This document shows positions 1 through 9,196 of a stretch of 64,000 nt of DNA, piece after piece. Each line of letters starts with the position of its first letter. Position 1 is the stretch's first letter. A program made the position numbers and the translations under genes. The notes under the pieces are model-generated. The model had not been told where the DNA came from and ran no database searches. It saw only the letters and a list, made by a program, of their open reading frames with translations. Source of the stretch: Porphyridium purpureum (lineage: Eukaryota); NCBI GenBank assembly GCA_008690995.1, contig VRMN01000002.1, positions 186,001 through 250,000 of the forward strand, given 5' to 3'.

Positions 1-544
1 CCATTTTCTGAGCCTGTTCCCAGAGTACTCAGTTTCGTTTGCAGCGCTTCGCGACTTGCAAAGCTTGCTTGACTGAGGCAAGGGCGACGGAACAGGAGAA
101 AAAAACAAAAAAAAAACATAGTCCTTCCAGTGCAAAATATCTATACATCCAGGGCAAACCCGCTGGAACGAAAAGTCACCAAATGCACACCTTTCATCTT
201 CTCAACCTTGCGAAGTCTGCAGAAGCAGGATTTTTAACCATGACACGAACCCAATTGGTCTTTGAGCTCGAAACGGGACGCGGATACACTCTTTTCCTGG
301 ACCAGAGTCGATACCTTCATGCCTGTCTCCACGCAGCCCGTGGAAGCACTGGAAAGCAGCCAACAGCGCCTGTTATCTCAGCGGAAACAAATCGAAAGAG
401 GCCGGGGACATAGCTCCCACACTTCATTATGATTATTCAGACGTCAAATGCGCAGATAGGAAGACATGGTCGACCTTTCTTGCACGTTGGCTCTCAGGAA
501 GCCAAAATATCTATCGATCCTGCAGTGTCAAAAATGTAAAACAC

Positions 545-2839
545 TTAATCATCTGAAACATGACCACTGCACTCCTCATCATCAGCACGATCAAGACCAC
601 CGTGATCATGATCTGGGTACGGCTCTTTCAACCCAGAACGCCTTCTGAACTGATCTGATTCAGACGAGCCGTGCTCTTGAGCAGATTCACCATGACTTGC
701 AGAAAGTGCCAGCTCGACTCTGACTGAATTCTGTGCCGTCTTTTGTGCTGCCTTGTCCTCTTTACCTGCTGGCCTCTTGCAGTTGCTAGCCATCTTGCTT
801 TCCAGCACAATTTCCTCCTCGGTTTCGTTACCATCCTGGTTAAGCTTGACCAAGCCTGCTGTGCTATCGCTCAGCACGTCTTCCTCTCTGGCGCTTCCTC
901 TATCCTGGACATACACCTCATGCACGAGGGACTTGGCCTCAAGAACTTGCTTTCTTTTCCGCGTGCTTGACCGGGACGGAGGCCGCGTGTACGCAACATG
1001 CGTCACAACGTCTTCTGCCATCTCGCGAAGCTTTCGCAGGAGCCGGCGTGCGTACTCGACACCCAAGGGCTTGTTTTTTCTTGCCTTGCTTTGTGTCTGC
1101 GGCGGCAGCGCTCTGCATACTGGGTTACCGAACAACTTACATGCCTTTGCTCGTGCTTCCAAGAACGTGTCCATGTCCTCTGGCAGCGCCTCCAGCTCAG
1201 AAATCTCATTGTTATCCAGCATCAGAATCACAAGCTTGGGTGCGTGGCGAAGTCTGACACAACATCGTTTGAGGCCATTCTTTCCCAAAAATAGCGAGCA
1301 GACACAAGGAAAGGACTCTAGCCAGTCTTGCGGGACTTCGAGCAGCTTGTTGTCATCAAGGTTGATGTGCTCCAAGCCGCTCTGCGAGTCAAGCCGCGGG
1401 AGCTTTCCAATACGGTTCGATTCGAGATACAGGCGTCGCAGGCTAGGCAATTCACAAAACAGCCATGCTGGCAATTGCACGAGCTTGTTCGCACGCATGT
1501 GCAAGGCATCTGTATTGGGAAAGAGACGAACGAGCTCGGGCACCGTCGTCAGGCAATTCTGATCCCAGACTTGGATCCGCACACGCGACCGAAATTCCTC
1601 TGGAATTTCTGTAGTAATCCATACCTCGAGCTCACATATCTCAATATCTGTCAGGTCCAATGCGGCAAGGTTGAGTACGTACGGAAGGTTCTTAAGCGCA
1701 TTCACACATCGTCTCTCAAAAAGCGTGCGCATGTCCTTCTCAGGCTGGGCAGTGCTCGACGCCGTGGTCCCCGGATTCTGGTCTCCCACATCATTTGGAC
1801 TCGACTTTAAAACTCTCGAAGGATTCTTCTGCTTGATGGAACCCAAAGCCGAATTCGGCTCTTTCTTCCATGCTTCAGTGTCCTTCGTAATGGCTGTCGG
1901 CTTGGCAAGTGTATTGCCTAGACTTCGTGCGGGTGCAAGCGCAAGATTTCCGCTTCGACCAAGCGCAAGGCTGCGCTGCGCCATGCCAGACAAGGGTGCA
2001 TGTTGCTGATCTCCGGGACTCCCAGCTAATGACGCAGAGACAGAACGGAAAGGAGAATCTACACTTTGCCCTACCGCGCTGGGTTTCAGTTGCTTTCGAG
2101 TCTTTCGAGGTCCAGCATCCTTTCGAAAGACTGTAGCTGCAGCTGCTCTGGGCTCTGCAGGTACAGAAAGTTTTCGAGTGTCCGCCGAACGCATACGTTT
2201 TGCCTTATCCCGATATTCCTTTGTATCCTCATCGCGACCAAAGTTCTGCCTAGAAACAAGCTTAATTTCCTCGCTGTCGTCCGCATGATTCGGTCTTTCT
2301 TCTACCAAAAACGCTGCGGACTGCTTGATGCTCGTCGCCCTCTTTGCTGCGGAGCCCGCCCGTCTCACCTGCTCCAAACCGGAATCTGAAGACGCAAGGT
2401 CCACTGCCTGTGGATTCATCTCGCAGACTGGCGTTGCCATGACATGTTGTGCGACGGACTCCTCGCGGCCGTCTGGCATCTGAGTCCGGGCCTGGGTCTG
2501 GTCCTGGTCCTGGTCCTGGTCCTGGTCATGAGGCTGAACTTGCTCGTCCTCCCACACTGGAGGCAGGGAGTCGACCTTGTTCTGCAGCTTTCTTCGCTGC
2601 GACTTGGGGGCCTTGGCGAGCTTGAAGATGTCTGCCGCTTTGCCGCCATTTGGGCCGGCTTCTCCACTGTCGCACTGGCCGGCTTGAAACGGTTCGTCCA
2701 GGACGCTGTACGATTCGACCGTAATGGCGTCTCTGCCTGGCTCTGCATCCGCTTGCCTGCGAACCGACGACCGCTTGGTCCGGTCCGGGACTTGCAGCGT
2801 GAGCCGCTCTGCCCCTGCCATGGCCACTGTTCTTGACAT
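545..2839 (-). CDS. Leucine-rich-repeat protein with long disordered N- and C-terminal regions
   Basis: Long ORF; first ATG at 2839. About 5-6 LxxLxLxxNxL repeats (LRRLYLESNRI, LEHINLDDNKL, LVILMLDNNEI) capped by LFGNP; DQ repeat from (TCCTGG)n. Confidence 0.75.
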   Translation of the reverse strand: MSRTVAMAGAERLTLQVPDRTKRSSVRRQADAEPGRDAITVESYSVLDEPFQAGQCDSGEAGPNGGKAADIFKLAKAPKSQRRKLQNKVDSLPPVWEDEQVQPHDQDQDQDQDQTQARTQMPDGREESVAQHVMATPVCEMNPQAVDLASSDSGLEQVRRAGSAAKRATSIKQSAAFLVEERPNHADDSEEIKLVSRQNFGRDEDTKEYRDKAKRMRSADTRKLSVPAEPRAAAATVFRKDAGPRKTRKQLKPSAVGQSVDSPFRSVSASLAGSPGDQQHAPLSGMAQRSLALGRSGNLALAPARSLGNTLAKPTAITKDTEAWKKEPNSALGSIKQKNPSRVLKSSPNDVGDQNPGTTASSTAQPEKDMRTLFERRCVNALKNLPYVLNLAALDLTDIEICELEVWITTEIPEEFRSRVRIQVWDQNCLTTVPELVRLFPNTDALHMRANKLVQLPAWLFCELPSLRRLYLESNRIGKLPRLDSQSGLEHINLDDNKLLEVPQDWLESFPCVCSLFLGKNGLKRCCVRLRHAPKLVILMLDNNEISELEALPEDMDTFLEARAKACKLFGNPVCRALPPQTQSKARKNKPLGVEYARRLLRKLREMAEDVVTHVAYTRPPSRSSTRKRKQVLEAKSLVHEVYVQDRGSAREEDVLSDSTAGLVKLNQDGNETEEEIVLESKMASNCKRPAGKEDKAAQKTAQNSVRVELALSASHGESAQEHGSSESDQFRRRSGLKEPYPDHDHGGLDRADDEECSGHVSDD

Positions 2840-3207
2840 CGCGACGACGCCTTGCTCAACACCTACGCAGCTCCCAGTCGAGCCGCAGAGCCGCAAGGCC
2901 CTCAAAAATACCTCACGGGTTCCACCTTTGAGCCGCGCCGCGCCGCGATAATTAAGCAGAGGTCCCTGCCGTTAGCCGCTTGCTGTCTGTCGTGAGCCAA
3001 CAAGCACCCCGCACACCATGTGCATTCGAAATGAATACGGCCGTTCGCGCGTTGCACAATCGTACACCAAGGGGTGCCCATGGGTCCCGGCCACTGTGCA
3101 CAAGACACCCGTACCCTTTGCCCCCTTCCCACCAAAGACATACACACCGCTGGCTACATCACCAACAAAACATCCCTCTTTATAATCGTACACATGAGAA
3201 GTGCTGC

Positions 3208-6200
3208 CTAGAATACGCTCGCTTCGGCATCGAATGCTACGCCCTCGTCGCGGGCCTTCTTGACAGCTTCCTTGCTGCCCACAACTACGACGCTCGCGCT
3301 GGAGGTCATTTCCTCCAGCGCGTCGCCGAGCGCGCGAAAGTCTTGCACAGACGCGCCTAGGATCTGCTCGCGACGCTCTTGTCGCAAGTCGTCCGTTTCG
3401 CCGGTGAGCACGCGCAGCATGCTTGCGTAGCCCTTGGCGTCCGGCAACGAGTACGAGTCCATGTCTCCAATCGCACCAATGATCGCCTTTTCCAAGTCTT
3501 CGCTGCCCACATCGGCGTTTCGCAGAAATTCGGGCGCCTTGTCGTAAGCATCAAGCGTGTACTTGATGTTCGGGTCGCGGTATGACAGATACAGGAAGTT
3601 GCCTGTGCGCATGTCCAGACTGCAGAAGCCACCATAGGCGCCGCCCTGCACGCGCACAGTGTCCCACAAGTACGACGTGCCCAGATATTTAGCTGCCAAG
3701 TACGAGCCGCCCGTCGGGTCAAAGCCCAAATCTTTCAGGTTCCCACCCTTACCAACATAGTTGATTTGCGCAGGAATGACCACGGCTTCGCTTCGACGCG
3801 GGAAGAGCGCGTCTTCAGACCAATGGCTCGCGCCGCGCGGAGACGCCTTTGGAGGCACACTGTTGAAAAATGTCTCGAGCGCCGGGCGCACCTGCTTAAA
3901 ACCATCGGCGTCCGCAGTTACGTTCATGATCAGGCCCTGCTGTTGTACAACCAGGTCGCGGAGACGCAGCAGCTCATTGTACACGGCGTCCCAGTCCGAA
4001 TCGAGTCGAGCCTCGAGCGCGCGTAGGAATGTCAGATACGCCAGACCACCCATCTTCTCGCTCGCGGCGCCGGATGCACGAAACTGGGCGCGGATGAGCG
4101 ATGACGCATACTGGTGGCCTGAGGGAGCAACGCTCGATTCGGTGGCCGCGCGCTCCTCGATCACGAGCTGCTTGAATCGCTCCTTGTTGTCCCACTTGGT
4201 GTCGAGCAACAACTCGCGCATGAGCGTCGTCAGACTCTGTACCTGTGCTGGCACACACTTGCCGCGGACCGTGAGCATTGCCAGCAGCGGCGCGTCCTTG
4301 GCAGTCGCCACGTCGTGGTGGACCAATTCACTGATGTATGTGTTGAATCGAATCCCGCCCGTCTCGCGCCCGATTCGCTGTTGCATGGCCACATAGTCGT
4401 ATTCTGCCGTGCCCATGTCCTTGATAAAGGATGTGAAAAGGCTCATGTATGGCAGCAGCTCGCTCGGCAAGTGCCGCATGTCAAAGCCCATGTCCACGTA
4501 CGCAATGCCGTTCGTGGGCTGTTCATGGAAAAACAATCGCGCGCCGCACTCGCTCCCGCTGCCGAGCGCTTCCTCCGAATAGGCCACTGTCTTATTCTTC
4601 AGCGGAAGGTCCGACTTTTTCAAACATGGGATCTTGGCGAGCTCCGCCGGGTCATCGTGAGCCATTTGCTTGGCCTTGAGGCGTTCTGTCTCTGCCACCA
4701 AGCGCTCAAGGTCCTCAGGCTTCATCGACTGTTTCGCTGCATCGAGGCGGGCACGCTCGCGAGCCTCTTCACGCGCGGCCGCTCCAGCGTCCGGCTTGAG
4801 CTCCACCGTGACACGATGAGTATTCTGCAAAAAGTGCTTCTCAATCAGCGATTCCAGCACCCGCTCACCCGCGTCCAATCGCGCCTTGAGCTCCGCGAGC
4901 GGCGCCTCGTAGCGCAGCGGCGTCAGCGGGTCGCTCTCATGAAGCCACATGGACAGGCTGTTGATCAGCACGACCAGCCCCCGGGGAAAGCCGCCCGTGT
5001 TTGCCTCGCGCAATCGAAACTCAATGGTATTCAGGCTCGCATCAATCGTCTCGCGGGAAAAGCCCTGCTGCGCAAGTTCACTCAGCACGCGAAGCACAAG
5101 CTCGTGCATCTGCTCCGTGCCGTCTGCCTTCATTCCCTTCAGACCCACACTGAACGCCATCTGGCGCAGGTCGGTTTCGAGCCCGCCTCCCACAACCTCA
5201 TCACCAAGTCCGCTGTCCACCAGCGCCTTTTGCAGCGGCGCACCCGAAGTGCCGAGCAAGACGGCGCTGAGCAACTCGAGCGCAAAGACATCCATGGGCG
5301 GCGTTGCTGTGATTTCTGGAAGCATCCAATTGACCGTGGCCATGTATTTGTTCTCCAGCCCTTCGCTTCCTGCGTCGTATTCGTACGAGAAGCGGCGAGG
5401 CTCCTTGAACGGGGTTTGCAGGGCTACGCGCGAGTCGGTGACATCGCGGCGCGAAAACTCGGTGAGGTAAGCGTCTGTGATGCGAAGGCGGCTTTCCTCG
5501 TCGTCATCGCCGTAAAAGAAGAGCCGCGCGTTCGACGGATGGTAGAAGCGCTCGTGGAAGCCCTTGAACTGCTCCCACTTGAGATCTGGGATATCTCGTG
5601 GGTCACCGCCAGACTCGACGCCGTACGTGATGTCCGGATACAGCACGCGCTGCGAGAGCGAGCGCAGCACCGATTCCGGCGAGCTAAACACGCCCTTCAT
5701 CTCATTGTACACGACACCCTTGAACGCTAGCTCGCCCTGCGGCGAGTCCAGCTCAATGTGGTGACCTTCTTGTGCGAGCGTGTCTGGCGTGAGTCGCGGA
5801 AAGAACACGGCGTCCAAGTAGACGTCAACGAGATTGTGGAAGTCCTGCAGATTGCACGATGCCACAGGGTACATGGTCTTGTCCGGGAAGGTCATGGCGT
5901 TCAAAAAGGTTTGCAGCGAGCTCTTCATGAGCTCCACGAACGGCTCCTTGACGGGGTACTTGCGAGAACCGCAAAGGACCGAGTGCTCTAAAATGTGGGG
6001 CACGCCGGTGCTATCGGTCGGTGGCGTACGCAGCGTGACGCCAAACGCCTTGTTCTCCTCTGTGTTTGAAATCGACAGCAGCTCAGCGCCGGTCTTTTCA
6101 TGCACCCACACGCGCGCCTGCGATCGGATCTCATGCACGTACTCATCGCGCTCCAGCGTGTACCCGCTGAACGAGTCGCCCACCTGCACGGCCACCAGCT

Positions 6201-6216
6201 TTGCTCGGTCCACCAT
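3208..6216 (-). CDS. PREP: Presequence protease (pitrilysin-like M16C metallopeptidase, PreP/Cym1); true N-terminus probably further upstream
   Basis: Inverted zinc motif HILEH in TGVPHILEHSVLCGSRKYPVKEPF; FLNAMT; C-terminal VRVQGGAYGG and SYRDPN. The start shown is the in-frame ATG just before the conserved region. Confidence 0.93.
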   Translation of the reverse strand: MVDRAKLVAVQVGDSFSGYTLERDEYVHEIRSQARVWVHEKTGAELLSISNTEENKAFGVTLRTPPTDSTGVPHILEHSVLCGSRKYPVKEPFVELMKSSLQTFLNAMTFPDKTMYPVASCNLQDFHNLVDVYLDAVFFPRLTPDTLAQEGHHIELDSPQGELAFKGVVYNEMKGVFSSPESVLRSLSQRVLYPDITYGVESGGDPRDIPDLKWEQFKGFHERFYHPSNARLFFYGDDDEESRLRITDAYLTEFSRRDVTDSRVALQTPFKEPRRFSYEYDAGSEGLENKYMATVNWMLPEITATPPMDVFALELLSAVLLGTSGAPLQKALVDSGLGDEVVGGGLETDLRQMAFSVGLKGMKADGTEQMHELVLRVLSELAQQGFSRETIDASLNTIEFRLREANTGGFPRGLVVLINSLSMWLHESDPLTPLRYEAPLAELKARLDAGERVLESLIEKHFLQNTHRVTVELKPDAGAAAREEARERARLDAAKQSMKPEDLERLVAETERLKAKQMAHDDPAELAKIPCLKKSDLPLKNKTVAYSEEALGSGSECGARLFFHEQPTNGIAYVDMGFDMRHLPSELLPYMSLFTSFIKDMGTAEYDYVAMQQRIGRETGGIRFNTYISELVHHDVATAKDAPLLAMLTVRGKCVPAQVQSLTTLMRELLLDTKWDNKERFKQLVIEERAATESSVAPSGHQYASSLIRAQFRASGAASEKMGGLAYLTFLRALEARLDSDWDAVYNELLRLRDLVVQQQGLIMNVTADADGFKQVRPALETFFNSVPPKASPRGASHWSEDALFPRRSEAVVIPAQINYVGKGGNLKDLGFDPTGGSYLAAKYLGTSYLWDTVRVQGGAYGGFCSLDMRTGNFLYLSYRDPNIKYTLDAYDKAPEFLRNADVGSEDLEKAIIGAIGDMDSYSLPDAKGYASMLRVLTGETDDLRQERREQILGASVQDFRALGDALEEMTSSASVVVVGSKEAVKKARDEGVAFDAEASVF

Positions 6217-6466
6217 CCCCGCGGACGAATCGACGGCGGACGTCGCGGTCTGCACGCCGCCGGCTGCTGCGGCGGCCGCGTTGTGCCTTGGCGCCGCGAA
6301 CGCGCACGCCGCGCGCGGCGGCCCTGCGCAGCGCGGTGCCGTGCCGCCTGCCTTGCGCGCCCGCCACAGCCGCGCGCGACCGGCCGGACCGCGCCATCGC
6401 GCGCGAATGCGCGGCCCGCGCTGAGCACAAACGTCAACGACCCCATTCGTCTTCACGCACACCCTC

Positions 6467-6493
6467 CACACACACACACACACACACACACAC
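6467..6493. repeat. (CA)n microsatellite
   Basis: About 13 CA units. Confidence 0.9.
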
Positions 6494-6665
6494 CCACTCC
6501 CCAACGACTTCTCCTTCCCACTTCCTCCCCTCCCCTCTTCCAACCCTCCACACCTCGAACTAAACTCGCGCTCCCTCCACCTTTCCCGCGTGCTCATATC
6601 AAAATAGGCCCATTTACCTACACACTTTCACTGTACACTATCGCAGTTGCCCCCAGTGCCCTGGG

Positions 6666-6716
6666 TCCAGTGGGTGTCCAGTGGGTGTCCAGTGGGTGTT
6701 CAGTGGGTGTCCAGTG
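6666..6716. repeat. 11-bp tandem repeat (TCCAGTGGGTG) x ~4.6
   Basis: Seen directly in the divergent intergenic region between PreP and the selenoprotein gene. Confidence 0.9.
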
Positions 6717-6828
6717 CGAGGAGAAAGTGCGAGATGCAGGTGTGGAGAGACCAGGAGACAAGGGGAAGGAGAGGGAGGGAGGGAGAGGGAGAAGGGTGGG
6801 GGAAAGGGAAAGGGTGTTGGACGGGGAG

Positions 6829-7584
6829 ATGGGGTTTGTGGGCGTGCGCGCGGTAGGTGCGTGTCGGGCGGTGAGTAATGGCGGTGGAATTGGTGGCGCG
6901 CGACGCGGGGTGCGTGCGTGCTCGGCAGTGAGGATGGGCGCGCGCGCACCGGGCGGCGCCGAGTTCGCCGTGCCGGAAACGGTCATGCAGCGCGTGCGAG
7001 AGACGGCCGTGCTGGATGTCGCGGGGCAGGCTGTGCAGATGCGCACCGCGTTGGAATGCGCCAAGGCAGACCTCGGGGCTTGCGACCGCATGGTCATCGC
7101 GTTCACCAGGCACGCAGGCTGACCCTTTTGCTGGGAGCATCTCGCAGAGTTGGCTTCCAGCTTGCCCAAGCTCAACGCTCTCAACACCGGCCTCGTTGCC
7201 GTGTCCATTGCCGTCCCGGAAAAGCTCCAGATGCTCGCCAATGGCGTGCCATTTCCGTCCGACATCCTGTACGGAGATCCAGACCGCGCCGTCTACACCG
7301 AACTCGGGTTCGTCGACAGTTTCAAAAAGGCCAATTCCTGGGACTATTGGAATCGCATGCGTAGCAAGGACTGGTCCAAGCTGCGCACTACGGTGCAGAA
7401 CTATGCCCCGATTGCCTTGAATCGAGGGATGACCTGGAAACAGGTCAGCATGCAAGGCGGAACCCTGATTCTGAACGAGTCGCTTCAATGCCTGGCATTC
7501 GAACCAAGCCAAGCACCGGGCGACCATCCGTCTGCCAATGAAGTGCTGCAACTCGTGGAGACGACGCTGGAGCGTCCTTCCTAA
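6829..7584 (+). CDS. AhpC/TSA-type (peroxiredoxin-like 2 / SelU-like) selenoprotein, 251 aa, Sec at codon 98 (TGA 7120-7122)
   Basis: ORFs ending at 7122 and starting at 7150 share one frame. Read through, the junction is VIAFTRHAG-U-PFCWEHLAEL (family RxxGCxxC motif). Downstream hallmarks: LVAVS, LYGDPDRAVYTELGF, QGGTLIL, PGDHP. SECIS-like element in the 3' UTR. Confidence 0.85.
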
Positions 7585-7624
7585 TGTGGCGGTGATGTCC
7601 AAGTACGACCAACGCATGGCCCCT

Positions 7625-7700
7625 TTCTGCTGCTTCCAAACATGACGTGCTGTCGACTTTAAGCGTTACGGCGCCCTCTTCAGCACCGAGCACAGGAGAA
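7625..7700 (+). promoter_or_regulatory. Eukaryotic SECIS element (form 2-like)
   Basis: ATGA core 7642-7645 and GA 7688-7689 flank helix GTGCTG/CAGCAC. Unpaired AA at 7661-7662, then mini-hairpin GCGT-TACG-GCGC. Basal helix TTCTGCTG/CAGGAGAA (one mismatch). Starts about 40 nt after the stop. Confidence 0.78.
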
Positions 7701-8140
7701 CTGTTCGCGAGCCTGAGCAACTCGCCACAGCCTTTCCGACGGACGCACCGAAAGAGCCAGCGTGAATGTTCGAAGCAATAAAACATCGTTTCGCAACGAC
7801 GTGGCACCGCGGCCGATGATAAAGGCGCAACTTGCACTTCGAAGAAGTGCTGCCGTTGGTGTGTGAAGCGACGCGCTGGGCAATTTACTGCTCGTCGGAT
7901 TGGATCCGCGGGCCAAGAATCCGAGCAGCGGCGGTAGCGGCGGCAACTCCCACGGCGAACGGGAAGAGTCTGGGTGTCTTGATTGGGACTAAAGGTGCGG
8001 GTGCGCAAGACGTGGCGCAGCCAGGATGGAGCGGGAACGAGCGGCGTGAGGCGCCTTTCCAGGGGAGCAGTTGTTGTACGCGCGAGCTGGAGAGGGCGAT
8101 AGGGACGCGCTGCGTCGTTTTTTTTGAGTGAGGCGCCCCA

Positions 8141-9196
8141 GTGTGTGAACGTGCGTTGATTGGGTATCCGAAAAGTTGGATGCCGCCAATGGTTGTGGCG
8201 GAAAAAGGCTTCGCGGAATGCGTGCGTGTACTGATCGACTACGGCGTGGACGTAAATGACACCCATGGACAAAATGACTCCTCAGCGTTGATGATCGCGT
8301 CAGAGGGCGGTCATGTCGAATGTGCGTGCGTGTTTTGATACAACACGGCGCACACGTTAACCTTGCTGATGGGAACGGCTCGACGGCGTTGATAAGTGCG
8401 GTAAGCGGCGACCATGTGGAATGCGCGCGCGTTTTGATCGAGCGCGGCGCGGATGTAAATGCAGCAGGTATTTACGGGCAGACTGCCTTGCTCTATGCGG
8501 CCGCACGGCGCGATGATAAAACATGCCGTGAGCTCATCCAGCACGGGGCTCATGTGATACGTCGGATTGACAATTCACGCGTGCGCGACGATGGACGGAA
8601 TATGTGGCACAAGCTCACATCTTGTATTTTCTTTTGGTGGACAGCGCCAGGGCCCGATCGCGCGGATAGCCTTCGCCTCAGAATGTGGCGCAGCCTTTGG
8701 ATTTCGGCGCTTCTCGCCCGGCACGGAGTGCCGGTTAGATGATCCCGATCGAGAAGGAATGGTAGCTCTCAATCTCATGGCTTCATGCACATTTCCGTAC
8801 CCGACGTTATCATCCGTACGCAAATCTGAATTGGGCCGGGCTTTAGATCATTTTCTTGCGTATATGAATGACTAGGTGAACATGTTTGAGCTTCTCGTGC
8901 AGCATGGGGCGGATATTAACCGCCACGCAGAAGAGCGGGACGAGAGAACGTCCCTGATGAACCTACTTCTGCTCTTTGAGCTTGAAGCGAGGATCCCGGT
9001 ACCTGCTGTACGAGCTAATGAAGCGGCCGAACACCGCAAGCTGACTGATCTCGAGAGCGTGGTTGTGCTGGACGCCGGCCGTCTGAGCAGGTCTCACGCG
9101 ACCCGGCTTTTGCTAGAGCACGCAAGCAACGAACTGGAGCTTGCTGATTTGGAAGGATCGGTTCGAGGAATCGTCGTTTCGGTTTTCTTGGGATGA
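8141..9196 (+). pseudogene. Fragmented ankyrin-repeat gene
   Basis: Ankyrin repeats (SALMIASEGGHVEC, GSTALISAVSGDHVECARVLIERGADVN, GQTALLYAA, LLVQHGADIN) spread over several frames, with a frameshift near 8325 and an in-frame TAG at 8873-8875. Confidence 0.6.

Noticed and set aside
4315..5730. Long antisense ORFs (also 22194-23429, 29907-31127, 40438-41340, 60232-61155)
   Set aside because: They are shadows of GC-rich real genes on the opposite strand and have no recognisable motifs.
6217..6597. N-terminal extension of the PreP ORF from ATG 6597
   Set aside because: It translates a CA microsatellite and purine-rich leader (CVCVCV), so it is unlikely to be coding.
6666..6716. Short repeat array as a possible CRISPR
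   Set aside because: No spacers, eukaryotic context and no cas genes.
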